Both the position numbers and the translations under genes were made by a program. A stretch of 64,000 bases of DNA from positions 192,001-256,000 of the forward strand of contig JBGAON010000002.1 of assembly GCA_044221725.1 (NCBI GenBank), given 5' to 3'. Of the stretch, positions 1 to 9,680 are shown piece after piece (the first letter of the stretch is position 1; every line of letters begins with the position of its first letter). The notes under the pieces are model-generated. The model had not been told where the DNA came from, searched no databases, and saw only the letters and a list, made by a program, of their open reading frames with translations. The DNA comes from Elusimicrobiota bacterium. Its GTDB lineage: Bacteria; Elusimicrobiota; Elusimicrobia; F11.

Positions 1-1866
1 ATAGTGTCGCGGCAAAAAAGAACGGTATGCGATGGCGTTGAGAACCGATATGCGAAAAATATTAGCGGTGTTGATGAGCGTCCAGACGAGCAGTGCTACC
101 GGCACGCCGACCGTGGCGGAGAAATTGTTTAGCTGAAGAGCCAAAAACGTGCCGAGCGCCGCAACGTAAGAAAAATAAAAAATACGCCAACCCCATGTAT
201 TCGAATCCAGCGGTCGCACGGAAACAGTGACAAGCGCTTGTTTGCGCGAACTCCATCGGAACACGCCGCCGAGATGAAGCAGCGTAAGGGCGGCCCATGC
301 TGCGTATGTGAGGAGCGTCGAGAAGTTGTTCTCTTTGGCGAGAGCCGCGAGCTTGCCGTTTATTGCTCCTTCAATGAGACCCGCTGCCGCAAGAACAACA
401 ATTCCAGCAATGACATCAATGCCCCGTTTCGATAGCAGTGGTTTTCCGTCGTAACGAATGGCCTTAAGAACGCGGCGCGCAAACAACAGCGGATACTGGA
501 ACAAGGCGGCCGCTGCCGCCGGCGTAACGACCGCTGGGGCGAGTGTGTGGGGTTGCTCTGCGTTGCCCAATTCATCCGCCAGCAACGCCTCCGTGGTGGC
601 TTGGGCAAGGGGGAAATCGGTGCCCACCGCCGCCACGCGCGCATCGCTCAAGTATTGCTTTCCCCGGAAAAAGTAAGTGTTGAAATCCGTTGCACCGCTA
701 TCAAAGGCCGACAGGTAGGCGGTTGGAGATAATTTTTCGGTGATGTTTGAAACCTTTGGCGCTAAGACGGTCGTTATGATCCCGCGTTCCCGCAGCAGTT
801 TGACGAGGTGCGGCGTGTGAAATCCGCCGGCCACAAGAGCGGCCGTGTTTCCGGCGGTATTCGTTCGAAGAAGGTTTTCAAGCATCTGTTCACTGCGGCG
901 GTCCGCGAAGCGATAAAAATCTTCGAAATTGGTGAACTGGGCGGGCTCTGTTCGCAATGCTTTGTATTGGCCCCATTCTCGCGGGGTGAGCTCAAAGCGA
1001 ATGAGTTTTTCGATCAGATAAAGACGATCGCCCTGAGCGAGCAGCGCGCGCTGTTCGTCTGTTTTCGACAATGCGTTCATCGCCGTGCGCTCGATGGTGT
1101 CCGATTCCATAAACAGGGCCTCAATGTCGACGGAATTTATTATCTGCAGGTAATGTCGGTAAATTCCCTGCGCGGGACGCCGAGCGTCAAGAAGACTTTT
1201 TACGTGCTCCTCCAATTCCGAGGCCATCACGAATCGTCGAAGATTGTTACTTTGCGTCTTTGTCAGTCGAGCAAGCGTCTTTAAATACTCACCAAATGAA
1301 ATTTCACCGGCTCGGTATCGCTCGCGAAGATCATCAAATCGTCTGAGGGCTCCATGAAACGTCGCTTTTTTGTTCAGGAAAAGCAGTTCGCGTTCGATGG
1401 CCAATTTCCTTAATGCGTTTGGTTGTTGGCGTTTCGCTTTCATGTACGCGTTCACGTTGCGCCCGTAGCTTTCTTGGTCGTCCACGCCCACGGTGCGGAC
1501 GGCGCTTTTCTCTCGGGTGATGCCGACGTAGGTGGGGGCTGAGATTCGATTGGCTTTCAGAAATTTTTCGGCGGATACCAATCGATTGGTTCTTGGAAAA
1601 GCACGAAACGCATTGAAATCAAACGGACCGAAAGCGCCTTCAACGCCGACCAGTTTAATGCTTTTGTCGTCGGCTAGCTTGTTTAGTATCGATGCGATTT
1701 CTTTTTGGGCGACCGCGTTTCTGTGAATGTCGCGTATCAAATAAATATGGAGCTGCCCGCGTGGGCTGCTCGTCGCATCGGATGCCGCGATCAAAGCAGG
1801 TTCAACCGCCAAAATAAGGCCCAGGGTTGCCGCCACCGCCCCTCGAAAATACGCGTATATCTTCAC
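1..1866 (-). CDS. Large secreted/membrane protein, 5' part only (runs off the left edge; at least 622 aa). Signal peptide, then a TraB/ChaN/EreA-like motif domain, then transmembrane helices
   Basis: Manual translation: GTG at 1866, upstream in-frame TAG at 1876-1878, no stop down to position 1. MKIYAYFRGAVAATLGLILAVEPALIAA...LIRDIHRNAVAQKEIASIL...LVGVEGAFG...GVDDQESYGRNVNAY...FEDFYRFADRRSEQM...ALVAGGFHTPHL, followed by hydrophobic segments (IDVIAGIVVLAAAGLI, FYFSYVAALGTFLAL, ATVGVPVALLVWTLI). Missing from the ORF track because it has no stop in the window. Confidence 0.85.
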   Translation of the reverse strand, partial: MKIYAYFRGAVAATLGLILAVEPALIAASDATSSPRGQLHIYLIRDIHRNAVAQKEIASILNKLADDKSIKLVGVEGAFGPFDFNAFRAFPRTNRLVSAEKFLKANRISAPTYVGITREKSAVRTVGVDDQESYGRNVNAYMKAKRQQPNALRKLAIERELLFLNKKATFHGALRRFDDLRERYRAGEISFGEYLKTLARLTKTQSNNLRRFVMASELEEHVKSLLDARRPAQGIYRHYLQIINSVDIEALFMESDTIERTAMNALSKTDEQRALLAQGDRLYLIEKLIRFELTPREWGQYKALRTEPAQFTNFEDFYRFADRRSEQMLENLLRTNTAGNTAALVAGGFHTPHLVKLLRERGIITTVLAPKVSNITEKLSPTAYLSAFDSGATDFNTYFFRGKQYLSDARVAAVGTDFPLAQATTEALLADELGNAEQPHTLAPAVVTPAAAAALFQYPLLFARRVLKAIRYDGKPLLSKRGIDVIAGIVVLAAAGLIEGAINGKLAALAKENNFSTLLTYAAWAALTLLHLGGVFRWSSRKQALVTVSVRPLDSNTWGWRIFYFSYVAALGTFLALQLNNFSATVGVPVALLVWTLINTANIFRISVLNAIAYRSFLPRHY

Positions 1867-1971
1867 AAAATTATTCTAATTTTAAAGGATTAACCCGGCC
1901 TTAATTGTGTGTAAAAAATTTGTAACAGATCGACGGAAAACGCGTTATTTTTGAGTTCTTCAAAAAAACAT

Positions 1972-1999
1972 TTGGCATTCGACGAAAAATTGCTATATA
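1972..1999 (+). promoter_or_regulatory. Putative sigma70-type promoter of rpmE and the downstream superoperon
   Basis: TTGGCA (1972-1977), 16 nt spacer, TGc-TATATA (1991-1999) in the AT-rich divergent intergenic region. No Shine-Dalgarno before ATG 2012. Confidence 0.35.
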
Positions 2000-2011
2000 G
2001 CTGCTCTTCTT

Positions 2012-2332
2012 ATGCAGACAGCTATACATCCAAAATACGAAGTTGCCACAGTTCGATGCGCGTGCGGGAACGAGTTTACGACCCGCTCGACGGTATCGTT
2101 GATCAAAGTGGACATTTGTTCGAACTGCCATCCGTTTTTCACGGGTCAACAAAAATTGGTGGACGCTGCCGGTCGCGTTGAGCGATTTGGCAAACGTTTC
2201 GCCAAGACCGATGGGAAAACCGTGGTTCGCAAAGCTCAGGTTCAAAAGAAGATCGCGAAAGCCCTTCCAAAAACCTCCGGCAAAAAAGTTCTCACCTCCA
2301 CTCCAGTCGCGAAAAAGAAAAAAGACCATTAG
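2012..2332 (+). CDS. rpmE: 50S ribosomal protein L31 (Zn-binding type) with a Lys-rich C-terminal extension
   Basis: IHPKY...CACGN...[26 protein letters not shown]; upstream of prfA. Confidence 0.97.
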   Translation: MQTAIHPKYEVATVRCACGNEFTTRSTVSLIKVDICSNCHPFFTGQQKLVDAAGRVERFGKRFAKTDGKTVVRKAQVQKKIAKALPKTSGKKVLTSTPVAKKKKDH

Positions 2333-2339
2333 GTGTCTC

Positions 2340-2451
2340 GTCACCTCGGCAATGTTTTTGCCCTGGGAAGCTGTCATCCTGGTATGTCGTTAGCCAGGAT
2401 CCAATTTTCCTAGACAAAAATGGGCCCTGGATAGAGACATTCCAGGGCGAC
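2340..2451. repeat. REP-like palindromic repeat cluster (inverted 31-nt doublet plus a degenerate third copy)
   Basis: GTCATCCTGGTATGTCGTTAGCCAGGATCCA (2373-2403) and TGGGCCCTGGATAGAGACATTCCAGGGCGAC (2421-2451) are inverted copies with 23/31 identity, each a hairpin. Degenerate copy at 2340-2367. Confidence 0.75.
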
Positions 2452-2473
2452 GCCGTGGCGACAATCCTCCGCC

Positions 2474-3538
2474 ATGAAAGACAAAGCCCAGAACGCTCTC
2501 GAAACTTTCCGATCCATTGACCACGAAATGGCCGCGTTGTCGTCCGCTGACACGGCGCGACTAACCGAGCTTGCGCGCGAACGCAAACGTTTGGAGCCAA
2601 TCGTCCAAGTGGCGGAGTCCTATTTAAAAGTTGAAGCCGAGCTTGAATCGTTGAACGCGATGCTGGCGGGAACCGACAAGTCCATGGCCGAATTGGCGGC
2701 CGAAGAAAAGCCGCAGGTTCAGGCCCAATTCGAGGAAATTTCTCAGAAACTCCGCAGGTTGCTGCACCCTCGCGATCCCAAAGCGGACCGCAACACCATC
2801 GTTGAAATTCGCGCCGGTGCCGGTGGCGATGAGGCTGGGCTTTTTGTCGGAGATCTGTACCGAATGTACACGCGCTTTGCGCAGTCAAAAGGTCTGTCCG
2901 TCGATACCATTACGCTGAATCCGACCGGGGTTGGGGGGCTCAAAGAAGTTATTTTTGAAGTGTCGGGTGACAACGCGTACGGATGGTTCCGCTTTGAACA
3001 AGGGGTGCACCGCGTGCAACGTGTGCCAAAGACGGAAGCGCAGGGCCGAATTCACACGTCGACCGTGACCGTGGCGGTGTTGCCGGAGCCGACCGAAGTG
3101 GAAATCAAGATTGATCCCAAAGATTTGAAGATCGACACCTATCGTTCGTCGGGCGCTGGTGGACAGCACGTGAACAAAACCGAATCCGCAATTCGCATCA
3201 CGCACATGCCGACCGGTGTGGTGGTGGCGTGCCAGGAAGAGCGTAGCCAAGGACAAAATCGCTTGCGGGCCATGGGGCTTTTGCGCGCGAAGCTTCAAGA
3301 GGCAGAAGACGATCGCCAATTTAAAGAGCGCCGCAATTTGCGGCGCAAACAGATTGGTTCGGGCGACCGTTCGGAGAAAATTCGCACGTACAATTTTCCC
3401 CAAGACCGCATTACCGATCATCGCATCAATGTATCGGTGCACAACATGGAGCATTTTTTAGCGGGGGAATTGGACGAAATGATTCAGGCGCTCGAGCTTA
3501 AAGAGCAGGAGCTTGCGGAGTCCGGAGATTTGGCATGA
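2474..3538 (+). CDS. prfA: Peptide chain release factor 1
   Basis: GGQ motif (SSGAGGQHVNKTES), PxT specificity motif (RVPKTE), GDRSEKIRTYNFPQ. Confidence 0.98.
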   Translation: MKDKAQNALETFRSIDHEMAALSSADTARLTELARERKRLEPIVQVAESYLKVEAELESLNAMLAGTDKSMAELAAEEKPQVQAQFEEISQKLRRLLHPRDPKADRNTIVEIRAGAGGDEAGLFVGDLYRMYTRFAQSKGLSVDTITLNPTGVGGLKEVIFEVSGDNAYGWFRFEQGVHRVQRVPKTEAQGRIHTSTVTVAVLPEPTEVEIKIDPKDLKIDTYRSSGAGGQHVNKTESAIRITHMPTGVVVACQEERSQGQNRLRAMGLLRAKLQEAEDDRQFKERRNLRRKQIGSGDRSEKIRTYNFPQDRITDHRINVSVHNMEHFLAGELDEMIQALELKEQELAESGDLA

Positions 3539-4413
3539 ACGCGCTCACATCCACAACGATCGGAGATTTGTACGCCACCGCTTGCGGCCAGTTCACGGCC
3601 GTCGGGTTTGAATCTCCCGAAATCGAAGCGCGGGCGTTGTTGACCGGGCTCTTGCGCTGTTCGGTGACGACGCTGATCGTGAGCAAGGACGAAATGGTGG
3701 ATGACGAAACGGCCACCGAATTTGGTCGCTGGGTGGCGCGCCGTCTTAACCGTGAGCCCGCGGCTTACATCATTGGTCTAAAGAATTTTATGGGATTTGA
3801 TTTGCAGGTGAACTCTCAAGTGTTGATCCCGCGGCCAGAAACAGAATTGTTGGTGGAAGATGTCTTGATGGAAATTCGCGATCGTGACTTGCAGCGTCCC
3901 AGAATTCTCGATGTCGGAACCGGTTCGGGTTGCATTGCCATCGCGCTTGCGGCGTTCGTAACAGACGCTCAAGTTCTCGCGCTTGATATTTCCCAGAATG
4001 CGCTGGATTTGGCTTCAAGAAACGCTGATCAGCATGCGGTTTCGATCGAGTTTAGAAAGAGCGATTTGTTGCGGGATTTGCATCCGGAAAAGGTGGGTGG
4101 TTTTGATATCATCGTTTCCAATCCGCCATACGTCGCATCGGCGGATCTCGTAACTCTCCAGCCCGAACTTTCGTTTGAACCGCGACACGCGTTGGATGGT
4201 GGCCTCGACGGCTTGGATTTGGTTCGACGATTGATATCCGACAGCCTCGCGTTTCTCAAGCCCAACGGACTTTTGGTTATGGAAATAGGTCACAATCAGG
4301 GAAGTCGCGTGCGTGATCTGCTTGCCGACGCGAAGTTTCAAGAAATTTGTGTGCTCAAAGACTACGACGGACACGATCGAATCGTGAAAGGACGGAAAAT
4401 TGGATCAATTTGA
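3535..4413 (+). CDS. prmC: Release factor glutamine methyltransferase
   Basis: VLIPRPETELL, LDVGTGSG and NPPY motifs; follows prfA. Confidence 0.96.
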   Translation: MNALTSTTIGDLYATACGQFTAVGFESPEIEARALLTGLLRCSVTTLIVSKDEMVDDETATEFGRWVARRLNREPAAYIIGLKNFMGFDLQVNSQVLIPRPETELLVEDVLMEIRDRDLQRPRILDVGTGSGCIAIALAAFVTDAQVLALDISQNALDLASRNADQHAVSIEFRKSDLLRDLHPEKVGGFDIIVSNPPYVASADLVTLQPELSFEPRHALDGGLDGLDLVRRLISDSLAFLKPNGLLVMEIGHNQGSRVRDLLADAKFQEICVLKDYDGHDRIVKGRKIGSI

Positions 4414-5653
4414 AATAACGGGTGGCGCGAAACTCAAAGGGAGCGTCACGATTTCAGGTTCAAAAAATGCGGCGCTGCCTTGTTTGTTTGCGACGTTGCT
4501 CACCGACGAAAAATGCGTTCTTGAACAGGTTCCAGAGCTTGCGGATATCGACACCTCCCTAAAACTTCTCGTCACGCTCGGCAAAAAAGTTGAACGGAAA
4601 GGCCACGTCGTCACGATTTCGAAAGGAAAAAAACTTACCGGGCACGCGCCCTATGAATTGGTTCGTCGCATGCGCGCGAGCGTGCTGGTGATGGGGCCTC
4701 TGTTGGCCCGCCGCAAACGCGCGCAGGTGAGCATGCCTGGCGGATGCGCGATCGGTGCGCGGCCCGTCAATTATCACTTGGACGGTTTTGAACGCATGGG
4801 CGTTGAGATCCGGATCCATGAAGGGTATGTCGATTCGAAAACAAAAGGGCTGCAAGGGGCCTTGATTCCGTTGCCGTACCCGAGCGTTGGTGCGACCGAG
4901 AATTTGTTGATGGCCGCCGCGCTCGCCGATGGAACAACGATAATTCAGAACGCGGCTCGCGAACCCGAGGTCGTCGATTTGGGCCGAATGCTGCAGCAAA
5001 TGGGGGCTTCGATTCGCGGGCTTGAAACGTCCGAAATTGTCGTGCAAGGCGTGAAATCGCTTTCCGGCGTGCGCCACCGTGTGATTCCGGACCGAATTGA
5101 AGCGGGCACATTCTTGATTGCGACGGCCGCCACGAAAGGCGACGTGCTGCTCGAAAATGTCGATTTGTCGCATCTCACAAAAGTCGTGCAGATGCTCGAG
5201 AAAACCGGTCTTTCAATTAAAAAAGAAGGCGACGCCGTTCGGGTGAAATGGGTGAAGCCGCTCAAGCCGGTCGGAATTCAGACAGACGTTTTCCCTGGAT
5301 TTCCGACCGACATGCAGGCGCAGTGGATTGCGCTCATGAGCGTCACGAAAGGTTCGTGCGTGATCAAAGAAACTGTTTTTGAAAACCGATTCTTGCACGT
5401 GCAAGAACTCATGCGTTTTGGCGCGAACATTGAGTTGAGCGGTCGCGACGCGCGCGTGAAAGGCGTGGATCAATTGTCCGGTTGCAGTTGCATGGTGAGC
5501 GATCTGCGCGCCGGGGCCGCCCTCGTGATCGCGGGCCTCGCCGCCGAAGGAAAAACGACGGTGCTTCGCGTATATCACCTTGATCGTGGCTACGAAAAGA
5601 TGGAGAAAAAATTGCAGAAGCTTGGCGTGAAAATAAAACGGGTGTCCAAGTGA
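4400..5653 (+). CDS. murA: UDP-N-acetylglucosamine 1-carboxyvinyltransferase
   Basis: SGSKNAALP, PGGCAIGARP (active-site Cys), FPGFPTDMQ, DLRAGAAL, HLDRGYE; TTG start. Confidence 0.98.
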   Translation: MDQFEITGGAKLKGSVTISGSKNAALPCLFATLLTDEKCVLEQVPELADIDTSLKLLVTLGKKVERKGHVVTISKGKKLTGHAPYELVRRMRASVLVMGPLLARRKRAQVSMPGGCAIGARPVNYHLDGFERMGVEIRIHEGYVDSKTKGLQGALIPLPYPSVGATENLLMAAALADGTTIIQNAAREPEVVDLGRMLQQMGASIRGLETSEIVVQGVKSLSGVRHRVIPDRIEAGTFLIATAATKGDVLLENVDLSHLTKVVQMLEKTGLSIKKEGDAVRVKWVKPLKPVGIQTDVFPGFPTDMQAQWIALMSVTKGSCVIKETVFENRFLHVQELMRFGANIELSGRDARVKGVDQLSGCSCMVSDLRAGAALVIAGLAAEGKTTVLRVYHLDRGYEKMEKKLQKLGVKIKRVSK

Positions 5654-6837
5654 GCAACGTTTCAAAAATTGTTGCTGACGTTATAAGTACCGTTCGCGCG
5701 AAGGGCGACGATGCACTGATCGCGTTTATGAAGAAGTTCGACAAGGTGAGCTTGTCGGCCCGGCAAATTCGTGTGCCCGAAGACCAGATCCAGAATGCGC
5801 CGAAGAATATCCCGTCCGAAATGAAGCGCGCGCTCGAGGCCTGCGCGCGGCGCATTCAAGAATTTCATTATCAAGAAAAGAAACACGCACCCGAATCGTG
5901 GACGTACGTGAAAGATGGCGTGCGGCTCGGGCAAATTTACAGCCCGCTCAGTTCCGTTGGCGTGTATGTTCCCGGCGGGCGTTTTTCGTATCCGTCGACA
6001 CTTCTTATGACGGCGATTCCGGCGCGGCTCGCCGGCGTTGAGCGGATTGCGGTCGTGACACCGCCGGCTCGCTTGTCCGATGAAATTTTGGCGGCCGCAC
6101 AAATTGCCGGTGTGACGGAGGTGTACAAAGTCGGTGGGCCCGCGGCGATCGCCGCACTCGCCATTGGAACAAAAACGATTGCACCGGTGGATCTCATTGT
6201 TGGACCTGGGAATGCGCTCGTGACCGAAGCGAAGCGCCAACTTTTCGGTGAAGTGGGAATTGATTTGCTTGCGGGACCGAGCGAACTCGTCGTGTTGGCC
6301 GACGATTCGGCGAACGCCGAATTTGTTGCGGCGGACATGGCCGCGCAAGCCGAGCACGATCCGGATTCGCGCAGCGTTTTGATTTCGTTATCAAAAACGC
6401 TCGCGAAAAAAGTGAAGGCGGCGGTTCCTAAAGAGGTCGTGGCACAGTGCGAATTTATTCACGAATCGGATGTCTACCGGGCGGCCGGCATTGCAAATAA
6501 GTTGGCCGGCGAGCACGTGCAGGTCATGGTGCGGCGACCACAGCATTTTTTGGATTCGCTGAAGAACGGTGGAACATTCTTTTTGAACAACTGGTCACCG
6601 GCCGTCATGGGAGATTACTGGGCGGGGCCGAGTCATGTTTTGCCCACGGGCCGCTCGGCGCGTTTCGGTTCAGGGCTTTCGGTGATGACCTTTCTGCGCC
6701 GATCGAGTTTGGTGGATGTGTCGACGGCCGCGTTTAAGAAAGGCGCGCCGGCGGCGCTGCAGATGGCCGAGACCGAAGGCCTTAAGAATCATGCGCGCGC
6801 CATCAAAATAAGGATGATGAACGAGGAGGGCAATTAG
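5650..6837 (+). CDS. hisD: Histidinol dehydrogenase
   Basis: GVYVPGG, IVGPGN, AGPSE, AQAEHDP, AGEH, GDYWAGPSHVLPT. Confidence 0.96.
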   Translation: MSNVSKIVADVISTVRAKGDDALIAFMKKFDKVSLSARQIRVPEDQIQNAPKNIPSEMKRALEACARRIQEFHYQEKKHAPESWTYVKDGVRLGQIYSPLSSVGVYVPGGRFSYPSTLLMTAIPARLAGVERIAVVTPPARLSDEILAAAQIAGVTEVYKVGGPAAIAALAIGTKTIAPVDLIVGPGNALVTEAKRQLFGEVGIDLLAGPSELVVLADDSANAEFVAADMAAQAEHDPDSRSVLISLSKTLAKKVKAAVPKEVVAQCEFIHESDVYRAAGIANKLAGEHVQVMVRRPQHFLDSLKNGGTFFLNNWSPAVMGDYWAGPSHVLPTGRSARFGSGLSVMTFLRRSSLVDVSTAAFKKGAPAALQMAETEGLKNHARAIKIRMMNEEGN

Positions 6838-6857
6838 TCGTCACATTCCAGGGCGAC
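6837..6857. repeat. Partial copy of the REP-like repeat at 2421-2451
   Basis: ACATTCCAGGGCGAC at 6843-6857 is identical to 2437-2451; GTCGTC...GGCGAC forms a short hairpin. Confidence 0.55.
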
Positions 6858-6870
6858 CGATAGGGAGACA

Positions 6871-7461
6871 ATGAAAAAAAGAACCGCAACAAAACACCGC
6901 GTCACAAAAGAAACGGACGTGAATCTTTCTGTGAACTTGGATGGGCAGGGAAAATACGACGTAGCGACGACCCTCCCGTTCCTGGATCACATGCTTGAGT
7001 TGTTTTCAAAACACAGTTTGATCGATTTGAAAGTGAAAGCGAAAGGCGACACGCACATTGATGCGCATCATCTCGTTGAAGACATTGGAATCACGCTCGG
7101 AAGCGCGATCGACGAAGCGCTCGGCGATAAAAAAGGCGTGCAGCGTTATGGGTTTTTCTTGTTACCGATGGACGAGGCGTTGTCGTACGTGACGCTCGAT
7201 TTGTCGGGACGTCCGTGGGTGGAGTACGAGGTTCCGTGTTTCAAAATGGACTGGAAAACGTTCGACCTTGATCTGCTTGAGGATTTTTTCCGCGCGCTCG
7301 GCACCGTGGCGCGAATGAACTTGCACATCAAATTGCTGCGTGGGCGAAACAATCACCACATGGCCGAAGCGATTTTCAAGGCGTTCGGCAAAGCCTTATC
7401 GATGGCAATCGCAAAAGACCAACGATATAAAGGAATGCCATCAACGAAGGGCAGTTTGTGA
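6871..7461 (+). CDS. hisB: Imidazoleglycerol-phosphate dehydratase (monofunctional)
   Basis: FLDHML, IDAHHLVED, PMDEAL, GRNNHHMAEAIFKA. Confidence 0.97.
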   Translation: MKKRTATKHRVTKETDVNLSVNLDGQGKYDVATTLPFLDHMLELFSKHSLIDLKVKAKGDTHIDAHHLVEDIGITLGSAIDEALGDKKGVQRYGFFLLPMDEALSYVTLDLSGRPWVEYEVPCFKMDWKTFDLDLLEDFFRALGTVARMNLHIKLLRGRNNHHMAEAIFKAFGKALSMAIAKDQRYKGMPSTKGSL

Positions 7462-7479
7462 ACAATATTTATTTCCAAA

Positions 7480-7562
7480 TCCCTCTCCCTGAAGAGAGAG
7501 GGCTGGGAGAGGGAAACCGCGCCCTTTGCCCTCCCCTTAATCCCCTCCCTGAAGGGAGGGGA
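7480..7562. repeat. C/G-rich REP-like palindromic doublet
   Basis: CCCTCTCCC (7481-7489) pairs with GGGAGAGGG (7505-7513). Second hairpin TCCCCTCCC-TGAA-GGGAGGGGA at 7541-7562. Confidence 0.75.
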
Positions 7563-7564
7563 GG

Positions 7565-8197
7565 ATGAACGAACGATCGATCGGTGTTGTTGATTACGAA
7601 ATGGGGAACCTGCACAGCGTTGCGAAGGCGTTAGCAACGACGGGTTCGCGCGTGTTCGTCAGCAATCAGACATCGAAGCTGAAGGCCGCCGACATCCTCG
7701 TGTTGCCGGGCGTTGGATCGTTTGGTGCAGCGATGCGGAATCTATCAAAGAAGAAATTGGACGGCTTCGTTCAGAACTGGATTATTGATGACCGACCGTT
7801 TCTTGGAATTTGTTTGGGACTTCAACTCTTGTTCGAACGCAGCGAGGAGTCGCCGCGCGTTCGCGGACTCGGCGTGTTCAAAGGCGATGTCGTGCGTTTT
7901 CGTTCGGCTGATTTTAAACGCAAGAAACTTCAGATCCCACACATGGGCTGGAACAACGCAACGCCGGCACAGTCCAATACGCTTGGTATAAATGATTCGG
8001 ATTATTTTTATTTTGTTCACTCGTATTTTCCGGAGCCGGAGTACAAAAAAGATGTTTTCACGGTGACAAATTACGGGCGTCCGTTTTGTTCGGCAGTGTC
8101 GCGGGGAAATCTTGTGGCAACGCAATATCATCCGGAAAAAAGCGGAGACATGGGGCTGAAGCTTCTGAAAAATTTCGTGCGCGCGAGAAAGTCATGA
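7565..8197 (+). CDS. hisH: Imidazole glycerol phosphate synthase, glutaminase subunit
   Basis: DYEMGNLHSV, LPGVGSF, GICLGLQ, PHMGWN, YFVHSY, QYHPEKS. Confidence 0.96.
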   Translation: MNERSIGVVDYEMGNLHSVAKALATTGSRVFVSNQTSKLKAADILVLPGVGSFGAAMRNLSKKKLDGFVQNWIIDDRPFLGICLGLQLLFERSEESPRVRGLGVFKGDVVRFRSADFKRKKLQIPHMGWNNATPAQSNTLGINDSDYFYFVHSYFPEPEYKKDVFTVTNYGRPFCSAVSRGNLVATQYHPEKSGDMGLKLLKNFVRARKS

Positions 8198-8910
8198 TTG
8201 TTATTCCAGCGATTGATTTGCGCGGCGGCAAATGCGTGCGGTTGCGCCACGGTGATTTGAGTCAGGAAACGGTTTATTCCGACGATCCGGTGGCCGTGGC
8301 GAAAAAATGGCAGGACGCGGGCGCCGAGCGTTTGCACGTGATTGATTTGGATGGTGCGTTCTGCGGAGAACCAAAAAACCTGGATTGGATCGTTCGAATT
8401 AAGAAAGAAACAAATATGGTGATTCAAACCGGTGGTGGGCTTCGAAAACTGGAAACGATCGAAAAGATTTTGGATGCCGGGATTGACAGTGCCATTCTTG
8501 GCACGATCATTCTTGAGGAAGCGGGTCTCGCGAAATTGGCGTTTGATAAATACAGCGCGCATATTATGGTGGCGCTTGACGTGAAAAACGGTCACGTGGC
8601 CGTTCGCGGATGGAAAGACGATTCGGGCTGCCCACTGAACGATGCGATTGCCATTGTTGAGAAATTGGGGGGTCGCGAAGTGATCTATACGGACATTAGT
8701 CGCGATGGCACGCTCGAGGGTGTGAATATCAAAAGCGTGTCCGACGTAATGGCACTGACAAAATTGCAAATCATCGCCTCCGGCGGTGTGTCAACGCTGC
8801 AAGACGTACAGCGGCTTAAAACTCTCGGTGTGCCTGCGTGCATCGTGGGCAAAGCGATTTACGAAGGAAAGCTGAAGCTTAAAGAAGCGATCGAGCTCGC
8901 GGCGACCTAA
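8194..8910 (+). CDS. hisA: ProFAR isomerase
   Basis: [38 protein letters not shown]; start moved to ATG 8194, overlapping the hisH stop. Confidence 0.96.
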   Translation: MIVIPAIDLRGGKCVRLRHGDLSQETVYSDDPVAVAKKWQDAGAERLHVIDLDGAFCGEPKNLDWIVRIKKETNMVIQTGGGLRKLETIEKILDAGIDSAILGTIILEEAGLAKLAFDKYSAHIMVALDVKNGHVAVRGWKDDSGCPLNDAIAIVEKLGGREVIYTDISRDGTLEGVNIKSVSDVMALTKLQIIASGGVSTLQDVQRLKTLGVPACIVGKAIYEGKLKLKEAIELAAT

Positions 8911-9680
8911 TGCTGGCTAAGCGGATTATCCCCTGTCTCGACGTTGATAAGGGACGCGTCGTCAAGGGCACGCGCTTTCTGAATCTGCGTGACGCGGGCG
9001 ACCCCGTCGAGATTTCGAAGCGATACAACAAAGAAGGCGCGGACGAACTTGTGTTCTTGGATATCACCGCGAGCTCGGATAAGCGAAATATTTTGTTGGA
9101 TGTTGTTCGAAAGACAGCCGAACAAGTTTTCATTCCGCTGACCGTGGGCGGTGGTGTTCGGACCGTTGACGATTTTCGGATTTTGCTTTCCGCGGGGGCT
9201 GACAAGGTTTCAATTAACACGGCCGCTATTAAGACACCGCAACTTATTAACGATGCGGCCAAGAGGTTCGGTAACCAGTGCGTTGTGGTCGCCATTGATG
9301 CCAAACGTCGCAAAAAGGGCCGATGGGAAGTATTTATCCATGGAGGACGCACATCCACCGGTATTGATGTGGTGCGCTGGGCCAAAGAAGCGGAGCGTCG
9401 CGGTGCCGGCGAGATTTTATTGACCAGCATGGACGCCGACGGAACGAAAGCCGGCTACGATGTTGAATTAACGCGGGCGGTGGCGCGGGCGGTGGAAATT
9501 CCCGTTATCGCGTCGGGCGGAGCCGGTACAAAAAAACATTTTGCTGATGCATTTCGCGTTGGCGCGAGCGCTGCTCTTGCTGCGTCGCTTTTTCACTTTA
9601 AGGAATTGGATATTTCTGAGCTCAAGAAGTTTTTGAAAGCCCAACGAATTCCGATTCGGGCTGTAAGCCATAAGCTGTAA
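8910..9680 (+). CDS. hisF: Imidazole glycerol phosphate synthase, cyclase subunit
   Basis: [43 protein letters not shown]. Confidence 0.97.
   Translation: MLAKRIIPCLDVDKGRVVKGTRFLNLRDAGDPVEISKRYNKEGADELVFLDITASSDKRNILLDVVRKTAEQVFIPLTVGGGVRTVDDFRILLSAGADKVSINTAAIKTPQLINDAAKRFGNQCVVVAIDAKRRKKGRWEVFIHGGRTSTGIDVVRWAKEAERRGAGEILLTSMDADGTKAGYDVELTRAVARAVEIPVIASGGAGTKKHFADAFRVGASAALAASLFHFKELDISELKKFLKAQRIPIRAVSHKL

Noticed and set aside
62..1893. Short ORFs listed in the first 1.9 kb (e.g. 808-1284 +)
   Set aside because: They are shadows of the long minus-strand frame 1866 to <1, which has coherent motifs and a signal peptide.
2333..2473. tRNA or riboswitch between rpmE and prfA
   Set aside because: No cloverleaf, T-loop or known aptamer consensus; the hairpins are explained by REP-like repeats.
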